Source: Candidatus Daviesbacteria bacterium
GTDB lineage: Bacteria; Patescibacteriota; Microgenomatia; Daviesbacterales; UBA10151
Reading direction: 5' to 3'
Length of the DNA: 64,000 nt
Assembly (NCBI GenBank): GCA_028712705.1
Contig: JAQTPP010000001.1
Span: 81,521-145,520 of the forward strand
The position numbers and the translations under genes were made by a program. Positions 45,496 to 56,165 of this stretch are shown in pieces (the stretch's first letter is position 1; each line of letters begins with the position of its first letter). The notes beneath the pieces were generated by a model. That model did not search any database. It worked only from the letters and a program-made list of their open reading frames with translations, and had not been told where the DNA came from.

Positions 45496-46362
45496 ATGGC
45501 TATGACAGCAGAAAATCCATTTGCGAGGCTACCTAAGACAGCTAGGTTGGCGGACTATGGTGACTACAGGATATTAGGTTATGCAGAGAGGGATAGAGAG
45601 TTTAATCGGGGGGTCTTATTAAGAATTGCTAGTCAGATTGAGGAGGGTGTATTTGGAGTAACGCGTGCTTATGCCATGCAGGATATTGCATTTAATCTTC
45701 GAAATGGTGGCAGTATGACTGTTGTTGTTGACTCTGAAACAGGTGAACCTTTCGGATATTCGTCACAGCGCGTTTTAGCACCAACACTAGAGGGTGATCG
45801 TCGAACAATAATGTTTACTAGTACAAGAGCTATTAATGAAAAATTCCAAGGTGGAGGAATAGGGCCAGAGACCTTACGATTTTCATTCAATATGCACGGT
45901 GCTCCAGATATTGTGGCCGGGATAATGGGATGGAGCCCTCCAGTAATTGCTTATTATAAATCAGGAGTAGTTGCTGAACTTGAAGGTCAGGATAAAGAAG
46001 CAGCAGAAGCAGGAATAGAGCCATCCGGAGATGATGAATTAGACGGAATAATGAAGCAGATTGTAAGAGTAAAACTCTATCCTTTCTGTAGACCATATGA
46101 TAAATCTTCATTAATGAATGAAGCCTTGAAATATGTTTTACAACAAAGCAGGTACAGAGGGATTCCTTTTGATCCAGGGTCAGGTTTAATGAAAGGACTT
46201 TGGGATAAAGATTCATCGATGCTTTTTAGAGTCGAGAAAGCAAGTCGTAGAGTTGAAGTAATAGGTGGGTTGTTAAGAGATAAATTCAACTGTGATCCAA
46301 CTACGGGGGATGCAATAGTGGTAATGGGTCCAAAAGCGGGTTGGAGAGCTTTTTTAGATTAA
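45496..46362 (+). CDS. Hypothetical protein, possibly GNAT-like acyltransferase fold (288 aa)
   Basis: MTVVVDSETGEPFGY...RAINEKFQGGGIGPETL resembles GNAT motif A (Q/RxxGxG). Slightly higher GC than its neighbours. Confidence 0.4.
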   Translation: MAMTAENPFARLPKTARLADYGDYRILGYAERDREFNRGVLLRIASQIEEGVFGVTRAYAMQDIAFNLRNGGSMTVVVDSETGEPFGYSSQRVLAPTLEGDRRTIMFTSTRAINEKFQGGGIGPETLRFSFNMHGAPDIVAGIMGWSPPVIAYYKSGVVAELEGQDKEAAEAGIEPSGDDELDGIMKQIVRVKLYPFCRPYDKSSLMNEALKYVLQQSRYRGIPFDPGSGLMKGLWDKDSSMLFRVEKASRRVEVIGGLLRDKFNCDPTTGDAIVVMGPKAGWRAFLD

Positions 46363-46412
46363 TTTTCCAATCTCTTCTTTAAAAAAAATCTAGCTTCGGT
46401 TATACTCTAGGC

Positions 46413-47891
46413 ATGGCATTACAAGATTTACAAAAGGAGAGAATTAAAAAGTTAAAAAATATTCAAAGATTGGGAATAAATCCCTATCCCACCTACGTTA
46501 AAGCTTCGGCGGGCAAGCCTGCAAGAATTGGTATTGATCGCGCGCGCAAGTTGATGGGGAAGAAAGTGGTGGTGACCGGAAGGATTAGGTCGCTGCGTCC
46601 CCATGGCAAAATTACTTTTGCCGACATAGAAGATACCACAGGGAAGATTCAGCTTTTTTTTAGACAGGATAATCTCAAGGGTGAGAAATATGATTTTTTA
46701 TCAAACCTTGATTTAGGTGATTTTATTGAAAGTTCGGGTGAGGTCATGAGAACTCAAGCCGGTGAAATTACAGTTGATGTTTTTGATTTTAAAATTTTAA
46801 CAAAAAGTCTCCGTCCACTTCCCTCGAGCTGGTATGGCTTAAAAGACGTTGAAGAAAGATACAGAAAGCGATACGTCGATCTTTTAATGAATCCAGAGGT
46901 TCGTGAAATAATTGAGATCCGCTCCAAAATCATTTATACGATTCGCAAGTTTTTAGTAGAAGAAAAGGGTTATATTGAGGTGGAAAATCCGGTTTTGCAA
47001 CCAGTTTATGGCGGGGGAAGGGCTAAACCTTTTAAAACTCATCACAACTCCTTGAACAGCGATTTTTTCCTTCGTATTTCCAATGAGCTTTATTTAAAAA
47101 GGTTAATAGTCGGCGGTTTTGAAAAAGTATTTGAGATTGGACATGTTTTCCGTAATGAAGGCATGGATAGAAATCACAATCCGGAATTTACCATGTTTGA
47201 AACTATGGAAGCATATGCAGATTATATGGATAACATGAACCTGATAGAAGAAATGTTTGAATATGTGGCAAAAAAGATTTTTGATAAAACAAAGCTAACT
47301 TATCAAGGGAAGATGATTGAATTTAAAAGACCCTGGCAAAGGATTAAACTGATAGATTTATTTAAAAAGCATACAGGCGTGCATTTACATGAAATTGATA
47401 CTTTAGAAGAAGCGATTGCTTTGGCTAAAAAATTAGGAGTTGAAGTAAAAGATTATATGACTGATGGAGAAATATTACTGGAGATTTTTGAAAAAAAATG
47501 CACGGATCAATTGATCCAGCCCACTTTTGTTTATGATTATCCTGCTGATTTTTATCCTTTGGCAAAAAGATGTGCTGATAATCCAAAGCTGGTTGAAAGT
47601 TTTGACATATATGTTGCTGGAATGGAAATGGGGACTAATTGGAGTGAGCAAAACGACCCGCAGGCTCTAAAAGAGGCTTGGGATCAAGAAAAAAAGAAAA
47701 TGAAAAAAGGAAATTTGGAGGCTCAAAAATTAGATGAGGATTTTCTGGAAGCTTTGGAATATGGGATGCCTCCTACTTCTGGAATCGGTCCGGGGTTGGA
47801 TAGATGGATTATGGTGATGACAGATTCCCCTTCTATTTCAGATGTGATAGCATTTCCCATGCTAAGACCTGCGAAGAAAAACAAAAAATGA
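46413..47891 (+). CDS. lysS: Lysine--tRNA ligase, class II
   Basis: N-terminal OB fold (RIRSLRPHGKITFADIED), motif 2 (FRNEGMDRNHNPEFTMFE) and motif 3 (GMPPTSGIGPGLDR). Confidence 0.9.
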   Translation: MALQDLQKERIKKLKNIQRLGINPYPTYVKASAGKPARIGIDRARKLMGKKVVVTGRIRSLRPHGKITFADIEDTTGKIQLFFRQDNLKGEKYDFLSNLDLGDFIESSGEVMRTQAGEITVDVFDFKILTKSLRPLPSSWYGLKDVEERYRKRYVDLLMNPEVREIIEIRSKIIYTIRKFLVEEKGYIEVENPVLQPVYGGGRAKPFKTHHNSLNSDFFLRISNELYLKRLIVGGFEKVFEIGHVFRNEGMDRNHNPEFTMFETMEAYADYMDNMNLIEEMFEYVAKKIFDKTKLTYQGKMIEFKRPWQRIKLIDLFKKHTGVHLHEIDTLEEAIALAKKLGVEVKDYMTDGEILLEIFEKKCTDQLIQPTFVYDYPADFYPLAKRCADNPKLVESFDIYVAGMEMGTNWSEQNDPQALKEAWDQEKKKMKKGNLEAQKLDEDFLEALEYGMPPTSGIGPGLDRWIMVMTDSPSISDVIAFPMLRPAKKNKK

Positions 47892-48478
47892 ATATAATTG
47901 ACTTAAAGAAAATTTTGAAAGTTTTTTTGACTTTACAATGGGCTAAAGAGCTGCCCAGACAGGGTTTTATTGCCATGGGATTTAAGAGAAATGAAGCAGA
48001 TTCTGTGGCGGCCCATTCTTTTTCTACATCCCTCCTTGCATACTTTTTGGCTAAGAGACTGCAAAAAGAAGGGGTTAAAATTGATCCTGAAAAAGCTTTA
48101 AAAATGGGGTTGATGCATGATATAGGTGAAACAATTGTTGGAGATGTGGGAACTTTTGTTAAAAATATGGCAGAGGGAGTATTTAAAAATATTGAAGAAG
48201 AAGGCGTGAAGGCTTTGGTTGAAGGTTTGGATTCGGAGCAAGAAATAATAGAGTTGGTTGAAGAATATAACGAGAGAAAATCTGTTGAAGCAAGGGTGGT
48301 GAAAGCGGCAGACAATCTTGATGCCTTGGCGCAAGCCATGGGTGTACCGGGAGCTCAAGATGCGTTAAAATATTTTAAGCAAGTGCATAATATAACTAAA
48401 TTTGACTGGCACAAAAAGGCAGTTGATTTGATACTTTCCGGGGAGGTAGAACCTGCCAGAGGCTGGCAGAAACATTAA
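47888..48478 (+). CDS. HD-domain phosphohydrolase (YfbR-like 5'-deoxynucleotidase family)
   Basis: HSFSTSLLAYFLA ... LMHDIGETIVGDV HD motif. ATGA overlap with lysS. Confidence 0.65.
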   Translation: MNIIDLKKILKVFLTLQWAKELPRQGFIAMGFKRNEADSVAAHSFSTSLLAYFLAKRLQKEGVKIDPEKALKMGLMHDIGETIVGDVGTFVKNMAEGVFKNIEEEGVKALVEGLDSEQEIIELVEEYNERKSVEARVVKAADNLDALAQAMGVPGAQDALKYFKQVHNITKFDWHKKAVDLILSGEVEPARGWQKH

Positions 48479-48480
48479 TT

Positions 48481-49713
48481 ATGTTAGATATAAATTACAT
48501 TCGAGACAATTTAGAAAAAGTGAAAAAATCTATTGAAGCCAGAAAGGCGGATGTAGATTTGGATAAACTGCTTAAATTTGATAATGAAAGACGAGAATTG
48601 ATTACAAAGGTAGACGAGCTAAGGGCTAAAAGAAATGAGGCAGCTAAAGCCAGGGATAAGGGTTTAGGGTTAAGGGTAAAAGGGGAGCTGCAGGAATTAG
48701 AGAAAAAACTTGCAGAGATAGAAAGGCAATATCAAGATTTAATGCTTCAAGTTCCCAATGTTTTGATAGATGAGGTGCCAATTGGGGATGCCACTAAAAA
48801 TAAAATTATCAGAAAAGAAGGAGAGTTACCTAAGTTTTCTTTTAAACCCAAAGATCATATTACACTCGGGAAACTTTTGAATATTATTGATTTTGAGAGG
48901 GGAGTGAAGGTGGGAGGTTTCAGGGGATATTTTTTGAAAAATGAAGGGGCAAGATTACATTGGGCAGTTTTACAATTTGCGCTGGATCATCTGGTGCAGA
49001 AAGGTTTTATCCCTGTGGTACCACCGGTAGTAAATCGAAGATTTGCCCTTACAGGTGGTGGGCAATTTCCTTGGGGGCAGGAAGATACATACAAGGTTAG
49101 CGAGGAAGATTTTTTGGTGGGGACTTCAGAGATTCCTTTAATGGCTATGCATGCTGATGAGACTTTCGATATTAAAGATTTACCCAAAAAGTATGTAGGG
49201 ATGTCTGCCTGTTTTAGAACTGAAATTGGTTCTTATGGCAAGGATACAAAAGGTTTATATAGGGTACATGAGTTTTATAAAGTAGAACAAGTGATTCTTG
49301 GTGAGGCGGACGAGGAGGAATCGATAGGATTTTTTGAGGAGTTGCAAGATAATAGTGAAGATATTTTGCAAGAGATCGGTCTTCCCTATCAAGTGGTAGT
49401 TTTATCCTCAGAAGACATGGGTAAAAAAGCAGCCTTAACTTATGATATAGAAACCTGGATGCCGGGAAGAGGCAGCTATGGCGAAACCCATTCTAATTCA
49501 ATTGTTTTGGATTTTCAGACCAGAAGATTAAAAATAAAATACCGCGATAAAGATGGAGTTGTAAAATTCTGTCATGCTTTGAACAATACTGCCATTGCTT
49601 CTCCCAGGATTTTAATTGCAATCTTAGAAAATTTTCAAACTGAAGACGGTTCGGTAAAAATTCCGGAAGTCTTACACAGATATACTGGTTTTTCAGAGAT
49701 TAAACCCAAATAA
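48481..49713 (+). CDS. serS: Serine--tRNA ligase
   Basis: N-terminal coiled-coil MLDINYIRDNLEKVKKSIEARK and class II motifs FRTEIGSYGKDTKGLYRVHEF and GETHSNS. Confidence 0.9.
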   Translation: MLDINYIRDNLEKVKKSIEARKADVDLDKLLKFDNERRELITKVDELRAKRNEAAKARDKGLGLRVKGELQELEKKLAEIERQYQDLMLQVPNVLIDEVPIGDATKNKIIRKEGELPKFSFKPKDHITLGKLLNIIDFERGVKVGGFRGYFLKNEGARLHWAVLQFALDHLVQKGFIPVVPPVVNRRFALTGGGQFPWGQEDTYKVSEEDFLVGTSEIPLMAMHADETFDIKDLPKKYVGMSACFRTEIGSYGKDTKGLYRVHEFYKVEQVILGEADEEESIGFFEELQDNSEDILQEIGLPYQVVVLSSEDMGKKAALTYDIETWMPGRGSYGETHSNSIVLDFQTRRLKIKYRDKDGVVKFCHALNNTAIASPRILIAILENFQTEDGSVKIPEVLHRYTGFSEIKPK

Positions 49714-49718
49714 ATTAT

Positions 49719-50759
49719 CTATTTTCCTTGTCTTTGGCGGATGAGATCAGCTGCAGAAGTTGCAGACGGAGCGCCTCCTACTTGCCCAAAGCTTGCTGAA
49801 CCTGTGGCAGTTGAGGGAGAAGGTTGCGCAGAAGTTGTGGCAATTGGTAGAGTAGGTTTAACTTGAGTTGTTTGCGGCGTGGTCGTTGCCGGCAAACTTG
49901 TTGTCCCCTTAGATGGTTGGCCAATGCCAAGTATAAAATATGCGGAAGCGCCTATTACTAAGATTAGCAGTCCTCCTCCTACACCAATTAGCCATTTTGA
50001 TATACCTTTACGGTTTTCGACAGAAAGCGTTGATACTTCAGGATTTGTAGTTGGGCTTGTGGGAGATGTAACTAATGTTTCAGGCGCAGATTGAATCAAA
50101 TCTTGCTGCGGGGTATTAGTTATTAGATGAGAAAGATCTGTCGGAGCAGCTTCCTGGTTATTCATCCAGCTTGGCTGTGAGGGATTTGCAGGTGTTTCAC
50201 CCCATGGATTGTCTAGCGGTGAAGTAGCAGGAGAGGGTTCATTGATGCTGCCGGCAGGGGTAGCAGCCGGAGGAGTGAAAGTAGGGGTTGGTTCCGGTTG
50301 AGTCGGAATTTGCGGCTGTGGAATTGGTTCCGGTTCGCTCGGAACTGGAGGGGTCCAGGTAGAAGGTTGTGGATTTGACCACGGATTTGATACTGCTGGT
50401 TCCGGTAGTACTGTAGGTTGGGTCGGCGGTTGGACTGGGGATGGAGGAGTCCAAGCTGAGCTAAGATCAAGTCCGGCATTTCCTGATACAGGCGGGTTGA
50501 CACCCGGATTGGTTTGGGTTGTATCTTGAGCCCATGGAGAAGGAGAAGCTTGAGCGGGGTTTGATCCCATAAAGGATGTAGCAGGTTCTGAAACTGGAGG
50601 CCAACTTGGTGTCGGAGACGGTGATGGCGGTGGAGCTGGCATCTGGTTTGGTTCAACAATTGGTTGCGGTTGGGTAGGGGTTGGTTCCGGTTTGCTCGGA
50701 ACTGGTTCCGGTATCGGATTCAAGTTAGCGGATGAATTTTGGTTATTAGGGTTATCCAT
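49719..50759 (-). CDS. Proline/threonine-rich bitopic membrane protein (346 aa), low complexity
   Basis: A PxP-rich N-terminal about 240 aa, one TM helix (WLIGVGGGLLILVIGASAYFILG) and a Thr/Ser-rich C-terminal region. Confidence 0.5.
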   Translation of the reverse strand: MDNPNNQNSSANLNPIPEPVPSKPEPTPTQPQPIVEPNQMPAPPPSPSPTPSWPPVSEPATSFMGSNPAQASPSPWAQDTTQTNPGVNPPVSGNAGLDLSSAWTPPSPVQPPTQPTVLPEPAVSNPWSNPQPSTWTPPVPSEPEPIPQPQIPTQPEPTPTFTPPAATPAGSINEPSPATSPLDNPWGETPANPSQPSWMNNQEAAPTDLSHLITNTPQQDLIQSAPETLVTSPTSPTTNPEVSTLSVENRKGISKWLIGVGGGLLILVIGASAYFILGIGQPSKGTTSLPATTTPQTTQVKPTLPIATTSAQPSPSTATGSASFGQVGGAPSATSAADLIRQRQGK

Positions 50760-50879
50760 TAGGGCAGTTTTTTAGATAGTGTTAGTGTAAAGCAAGAATA
50801 TACTTATTGTCAATCATTTTATTGCGAAGCAAGAAGCTTGTCTTATATAATATGTGGTACAAAACAAAGCATACTATTT

Positions 50880-53621
50880 ATGTTAAATTTCCTTGGAAAA
50901 CTGTTAGATTCAAACGAGAGAGAAATAAAAAAATTTAAAGCTATTGTTGATGCGATAAATAATCTCGAAAAAAGAGTATCAAAATTATCGGATAAAGAGC
51001 TTAAAGGTAGTTTTGCAAAATTTAGGTTAGAGCATAGAAACGGGAAAAGTTTAGATGAGCTATTGCCGGAAGTATTCGCTTTTGTCCGCGAAGCTTCCAA
51101 AAGAACTATCAAGCAGCGCCATTTCGATGTCCAAATGATGGCTGCAGTGACTTTGCATCAAGGTAAAGTAGCCGAACAGAAAACAGGCGAAGGAAAGACG
51201 CTGTCGGCAACTCCGTCATTATTTTTAAATGCAATAACCGGAAAAGGCGTGCATCTTGTGACTGTTAACGATTATCTGGCTCAGAGAGATTGCGGCTGGA
51301 TGGGACCAATCTATTTCGCGCTTGGAGCAAGTTGCGCCACCATAATTCATGAGGGTGCTTTTATTTATGATCCGAAATATAAAGATCTTGGCCACGGCGA
51401 TAAACGCTTACAACATCTTCGTCCGGTTACCAGGCAAGACGCTTACAATGCGGATATAACTTACGGAACGAATAATGAGTTTGGTTTTGATTACCTTAAA
51501 GATAATATGGTTTTTCGGTTGGCGGATCAATCGCAGCGCGGCCACTTCTTTGCGGTTGTTGATGAGGTGGACTCGATATTAATTGATGAAGCCAGGACTC
51601 CGCTTATTATCTCTCAACCGGCACAGGAAGCAACGGAAAAATATTACGAGTTTGCCAAGATTATCGATACTCTTTCCCCGTCCGATTATGTCGTTGACGA
51701 AAGGTTAAAGACAGCTAATCTTACAGAGCATGGAACTCTGAAAATAGAGAAGATGCTAAAAGTAGACAACCTCTACGAAAAGGATTTTTCTACTCTGCAT
51801 CATTTGGAGGAAGCGCTAAAGGCAAAAACTTTATTTCAGAAGGATAAAGATTATGTAGTGAAAGACGGGGAAGTAATTATTGTTGATGAATTTACCGGAA
51901 GACTTATGTTAGGACGAAGGTACTCGGAAGGATTGCATCAGGCAATCGAAGCCAAGGAGGGCGTTTCAATTCAACAAGAGTCTCAAACGCTGGCGACAAT
52001 TTCTTTTCAAAACTATTTCAGGATGTATGAGAAACTAGCCGGTATGACAGGTACTGCAGCAACAGAGGCAGAGGAATTTAATAAAATCTATAAACTTGAG
52101 GTTGTGGTAATACCCACAAATAATCCAATGATCAGGATTGACCATCCGGATACAATTTATAAGACTCAAAGCGCAAAATATACTGCTGTTGCCGGTTTGG
52201 TTGAGGAATTATACAAAAAAGGTCAGCCTGTTTTAGTTGGAACTACCGCCATTGACAGAAACGAATTCCTTTCCGATCTTCTAAAAAGAAAAGGTATATC
52301 ACATGCTCTTTTGAATGCCAAGAATCATGAGAAAGAAGCGGAAATTATTGCTAAGGCGGGAGAGAAGGGCGCGGTGACTGTTGCCACCAATATGGCAGGT
52401 AGGGGGGTAGATATCATTTTGGGCAAAGGCGCTGCTGATCTGGGAGGTCTTTATGTGATTGGGACCGAAAGACATGAATCAAGAAGAATTGATAATCAGC
52501 TGCGGGGGCGGTCAGGCCGTCAGGGAGACTTGGGCGAGACTAGGTTTTTTGTATCCTTGGAAGATGATTTGATGAGGATTTTTGGCGGAGAGCAAGTTTC
52601 CAAAGTGATGAATTTTTTGAAGATGCCGGAAGATGTACCTGTGGAACACGGATTAATCTCCAAAGCTATAGAGGGAGCTCAAAAAAAGGTGGAAGGTCAT
52701 AATTTTGACATCAGAAAACACACCGTTGAATACGACGATGTGATGAATCAACAGCGAAAAATTATTTATGAGATAAGAAAAAAAGTTTTGGAAACAGCTG
52801 AAAAAGTACAAAGTTCTTCTGCTTCGCAGAAAAAAGATGCTTCTTTGAAAGAAGAGGTGCTGGAAAAGATAGCGAAAGAAATCGGGAATATCGTAACTAT
52901 CAATTGCGAAGAGGGAGTAAAACCTCAAAAAATCGTGGAAGAGTTTGCAACTATTGTACCGGTAGACGAAAACAGTCAAAAGGAAATCGGAAAAAATATT
53001 GCTGCGTTTTCCAGAGTTGGAGAAATAACAGATTTTCTGACGCAAGTTTGCAGGAATTTTTACGATCAGAGGGAAAAACAGGTTGGAGAAGATTTAGCCA
53101 GACAAATGGAGGTTTTTGTTTATCTAAATACCATAGATATTTTATGGATTGAGCATTTAGATACGATGGATGATTTGCGTTCCGGAATAGGACTTCGGGG
53201 ATACGCTCAAAGAGACCCATTGATTGAATACAAAAGAGAAGGTTTTGATTTGTTTGAGAAATTAATGGTGGAAATAGATTACGAGATTGTTCACAGAATC
53301 TATAAAGTGGCGGTGCAGGGTCAGGCTCCGGTGGTTGAACAAAGACCGGTGGTGGTTGAGGAAAGGCGTCCGGAAATTGAAACAGGAGTTAAAATAGAGA
53401 AGCAGGAGATCAAAGAAGTTGCTCAAGGTAAGCCGCTGGATGAAATATTGGAGAAAGAAGGGGGAGTTACCAAGGTCACAATTGAAAGGGACGGGGTTGT
53501 ATCTGAACAAGTTTATGGGGGGCAAGGACAATTAACAAAACCCCATGGTAAGCTAGGCAGAAATGATCCATGCTGGTGTGGCTCCGGAAAAAAGTATAAA
53601 CGATGCCATTACCCGAATTAG
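50880..53621 (+). CDS. secA: Preprotein translocase ATPase SecA
   Basis: Walker A (KTGEGKTL), DEAD-like motifs and a C-terminal zinc-binding tail (GRNDPCWCGSGKKYKRCH). Confidence 0.9.
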   Translation: MLNFLGKLLDSNEREIKKFKAIVDAINNLEKRVSKLSDKELKGSFAKFRLEHRNGKSLDELLPEVFAFVREASKRTIKQRHFDVQMMAAVTLHQGKVAEQKTGEGKTLSATPSLFLNAITGKGVHLVTVNDYLAQRDCGWMGPIYFALGASCATIIHEGAFIYDPKYKDLGHGDKRLQHLRPVTRQDAYNADITYGTNNEFGFDYLKDNMVFRLADQSQRGHFFAVVDEVDSILIDEARTPLIISQPAQEATEKYYEFAKIIDTLSPSDYVVDERLKTANLTEHGTLKIEKMLKVDNLYEKDFSTLHHLEEALKAKTLFQKDKDYVVKDGEVIIVDEFTGRLMLGRRYSEGLHQAIEAKEGVSIQQESQTLATISFQNYFRMYEKLAGMTGTAATEAEEFNKIYKLEVVVIPTNNPMIRIDHPDTIYKTQSAKYTAVAGLVEELYKKGQPVLVGTTAIDRNEFLSDLLKRKGISHALLNAKNHEKEAEIIAKAGEKGAVTVATNMAGRGVDIILGKGAADLGGLYVIGTERHESRRIDNQLRGRSGRQGDLGETRFFVSLEDDLMRIFGGEQVSKVMNFLKMPEDVPVEHGLISKAIEGAQKKVEGHNFDIRKHTVEYDDVMNQQRKIIYEIRKKVLETAEKVQSSSASQKKDASLKEEVLEKIAKEIGNIVTINCEEGVKPQKIVEEFATIVPVDENSQKEIGKNIAAFSRVGEITDFLTQVCRNFYDQREKQVGEDLARQMEVFVYLNTIDILWIEHLDTMDDLRSGIGLRGYAQRDPLIEYKREGFDLFEKLMVEIDYEIVHRIYKVAVQGQAPVVEQRPVVVEERRPEIETGVKIEKQEIKEVAQGKPLDEILEKEGGVTKVTIERDGVVSEQVYGGQGQLTKPHGKLGRNDPCWCGSGKKYKRCHYPN

Positions 53622-53661
53622 AAATTCGGAGCATCGTTTGCGAGCTAGTCGCTTTTTAAAA

Positions 53662-55215
53662 ATGCCACTTAAGAATTGGATAAATTCAAATAGTGTAATT
53701 TTAATTATTATCCTCATCTACTTTTTAATTTCCATAATAAAAATTGAACACCCGGGGGTTAATAATGACCAATTGATGTTTGTAAATACTGCAACCCTAC
53801 ATCCTGACAATCAATTTTTATGGAAAAGCTGGCACGGGATACCGACGATGATCTTTCCTTATATTGGGGCTTTGAAGTCCTATCTTTACATGCCGATTTT
53901 TTATTTTTTTGGTGTGAATATCTGGTCTATCAGATTACCGCAAATTATTTTAATTTCCATTTCCTGGTTTATGCTTTATCAAACAGTAATGTTGGGATTT
54001 AATAAAAAATTAGCAGTACTGACAATTTTACTTCTTAGTTTGGATCCCAGTATTATTATTTATTCAAAAACTGACCAAGGTCCAACTGTTTTGGAATTTT
54101 TTTTGAAAATTGCGGCAGTTTATTTATTATATCTTTATCTGTCTAAGAAAAAACGTATTTTTTACTTTTCTATTTTTCCTATTCTGGCTTTGGGAATCTT
54201 TAACAAGTTAAATTTCATTTGGTTTGTGAATGCTTTCATGATTAGTTTCATAATTTTTTATTGGCGAATTTTTTATAACGATTTTAAAAAAGTGGATAAA
54301 TTATTCCCATTTTTAATTTTCTGTATACCATATTTTTTCTTGATCAAAATATTTACTAAAATTTCCAGGGAAGTAGTATTAAGCTATAAGGATTTTACCG
54401 ATCCGGTTGCTTTATCCAATGTCTTTAATAATCTGTTAATTTTTTATAATAATTTAATAAACATTATTAATGGAAGTATCTTTTATAATATAATCTACGG
54501 GCACAGTCCAACACCTTTAGGCATTTATTTTAGCGGTTTAATTTTACTAATTTTGTTTACTGGCACCTATTATTTAATCGCTAAACATAAAGAACCTTTG
54601 AGACCATTCTATTTCTTTTCATCCCTTGTGTTATTAACTATCCTGCAACTTCTTTTGACAAAAAAGGCCATCTCTGTCTGGCACGCTTTATCTATTTATC
54701 CTTTCTTTGTCGTAATTTTGGCTCTGGCAATCTTACAATTTAAAAAGAATATTTTTTTGGCTTTGGTTGGAATAATAATTTCTTATCAAATTATCGTGAA
54801 TCTAATATATTTTGATACTTATTCCAAACCCACAAAATTAGTGGCTTATACATCAGCAATTTACGATTTGATTGATTTTGCCAAAACTACAAAAGCAAAC
54901 TTTGTTTGTTTGGATGTTGATATTTGTAATCAACTGTTAAGCTTTAATCAGGAAGTGAAAAAATACCAAGAGCTTTTCTTTTTCCTGGATCCGCCCACAT
55001 ATACTTATTCATTTATAAAATTAGCCGGAAATTTTAGCAGACCTGAAGAATTTTTATATATAGCCCATGGAGATTCAAACTCGCATTTTCCAAATTTGAA
55101 AAAGGAATTCTTTAAATATCTGGATGATAATAAGATAAATTATAAAAAAGTTAAGGAATTTAAAGATGGTGATAGTATTAATATAGCCTTTGAAATTTAC
55201 GAGGTTAGCAAATGA
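53662..55215 (+). CDS. Polytopic membrane protein, GT39/ArnT-like glycosyltransferase family (paralog 1)
   Basis: At least 10 TM helices. Architecture resembles Dol-P-Man/undecaprenyl-phosphate sugar transferases. Family assignment is by topology only. Confidence 0.45.
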   Translation: MPLKNWINSNSVILIIILIYFLISIIKIEHPGVNNDQLMFVNTATLHPDNQFLWKSWHGIPTMIFPYIGALKSYLYMPIFYFFGVNIWSIRLPQIILISISWFMLYQTVMLGFNKKLAVLTILLLSLDPSIIIYSKTDQGPTVLEFFLKIAAVYLLYLYLSKKKRIFYFSIFPILALGIFNKLNFIWFVNAFMISFIIFYWRIFYNDFKKVDKLFPFLIFCIPYFFLIKIFTKISREVVLSYKDFTDPVALSNVFNNLLIFYNNLINIINGSIFYNIIYGHSPTPLGIYFSGLILLILFTGTYYLIAKHKEPLRPFYFFSSLVLLTILQLLLTKKAISVWHALSIYPFFVVILALAILQFKKNIFLALVGIIISYQIIVNLIYFDTYSKPTKLVAYTSAIYDLIDFAKTTKANFVCLDVDICNQLLSFNQEVKKYQELFFFLDPPTYTYSFIKLAGNFSRPEEFLYIAHGDSNSHFPNLKKEFFKYLDDNKINYKKVKEFKDGDSINIAFEIYEVSK

Positions 55216-56075
55216 ATCAGGGGATTACCGAATTAACTGAAGAATGGGTGGTTAAGAGATTGCCGCCGAGATCAAAAGATGCCAATAAAGGAACTTTTGG
55301 TAAGGTTTTAGTGATAGCAGGGTCTAAAGAATACCCGGGAGCAGCATATTTAGCTTGCGCAGCAGCTTACAGAGCAGGAGCAGGTTTGGTAACTTTAGCA
55401 ACAGAGAAAGAAACGAAGATTATAATCTCCAGGAAATTATCTGAAGCGACTTTTTTATCACGGGATGAAGTGCTCGAAAAAATAGACGAGTATGATGTTT
55501 TGCTGATTGGTCCGGGTTTGGGGCAAAGCGATCAAACAGTAAAACTGGTGGAGCAAATTTTAAGCCGTAACTTGCCGCCGACAGTCATTGACGGTGATGG
55601 GTTAAATATCCTGTCTAAAATGGAGAAATGGTGGGAGAGAATAGATGGAGCAGTCGTATTGACGCCTCACCCTGGTGAGATGTCCAGACTGACAGGTTTA
55701 TCTATAGAAGAAATTCAAAAAAATAGATTAAATACCGCTCAAAGTTTTGCCAAAAAATGGAATCAAGTAGTAGTTTTAAAAGGCGCAAATACTGTGATTG
55801 CCCCGTCTTGTGGCGGGGTTGTGGTTAGCCCGTTTGCAAATCCGGCATTAGCTACTGCCGGAACCGGAGATGTACTCTCAGGAGTGATAGCCGGTTTATT
55901 AGCTCAGGGTTTAGATCTGTTTGATGCTGCTGGTGTCGGAGTATACATTCACGGTTTGGCAGGGGAAAGGATAAGAAAAAAAACTGGGAATGCGGGCGCT
56001 TTGGCAAATGAACTGCTGCCTCTCCTGCCGCTAGTTATATACTTTCTTACGAAAGACTATAATTCTCGCAAATAG
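55212..56075 (+). CDS. ADP-dependent (S)-NAD(P)H-hydrate dehydratase (YjeF C-terminal domain / Nnr2)
   Basis: GTFGKVLVIAGSKEYPGAAYLACAAAYRAGAGLVT and GTGDVLSGVIAGLLAQG motifs. Confidence 0.8.
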   Translation: MNQGITELTEEWVVKRLPPRSKDANKGTFGKVLVIAGSKEYPGAAYLACAAAYRAGAGLVTLATEKETKIIISRKLSEATFLSRDEVLEKIDEYDVLLIGPGLGQSDQTVKLVEQILSRNLPPTVIDGDGLNILSKMEKWWERIDGAVVLTPHPGEMSRLTGLSIEEIQKNRLNTAQSFAKKWNQVVVLKGANTVIAPSCGGVVVSPFANPALATAGTGDVLSGVIAGLLAQGLDLFDAAGVGVYIHGLAGERIRKKTGNAGALANELLPLLPLVIYFLTKDYNSRK

Positions 56076-56165
56076 CTTCAAATTATAAAAAATTTAATAT
56101 AAAATTGGCAATATTTAAAATTAATCTATTGACAATTGTATTAATTGTTGTAAATTTAATGATTA

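Noticed and set aside
50213-50659. 148-aa and 71-aa alternative-frame ORFs
   Set aside because: They are out-of-frame ORFs inside the proline-rich gene at 49719-50759, produced by repetitive CCN codons.
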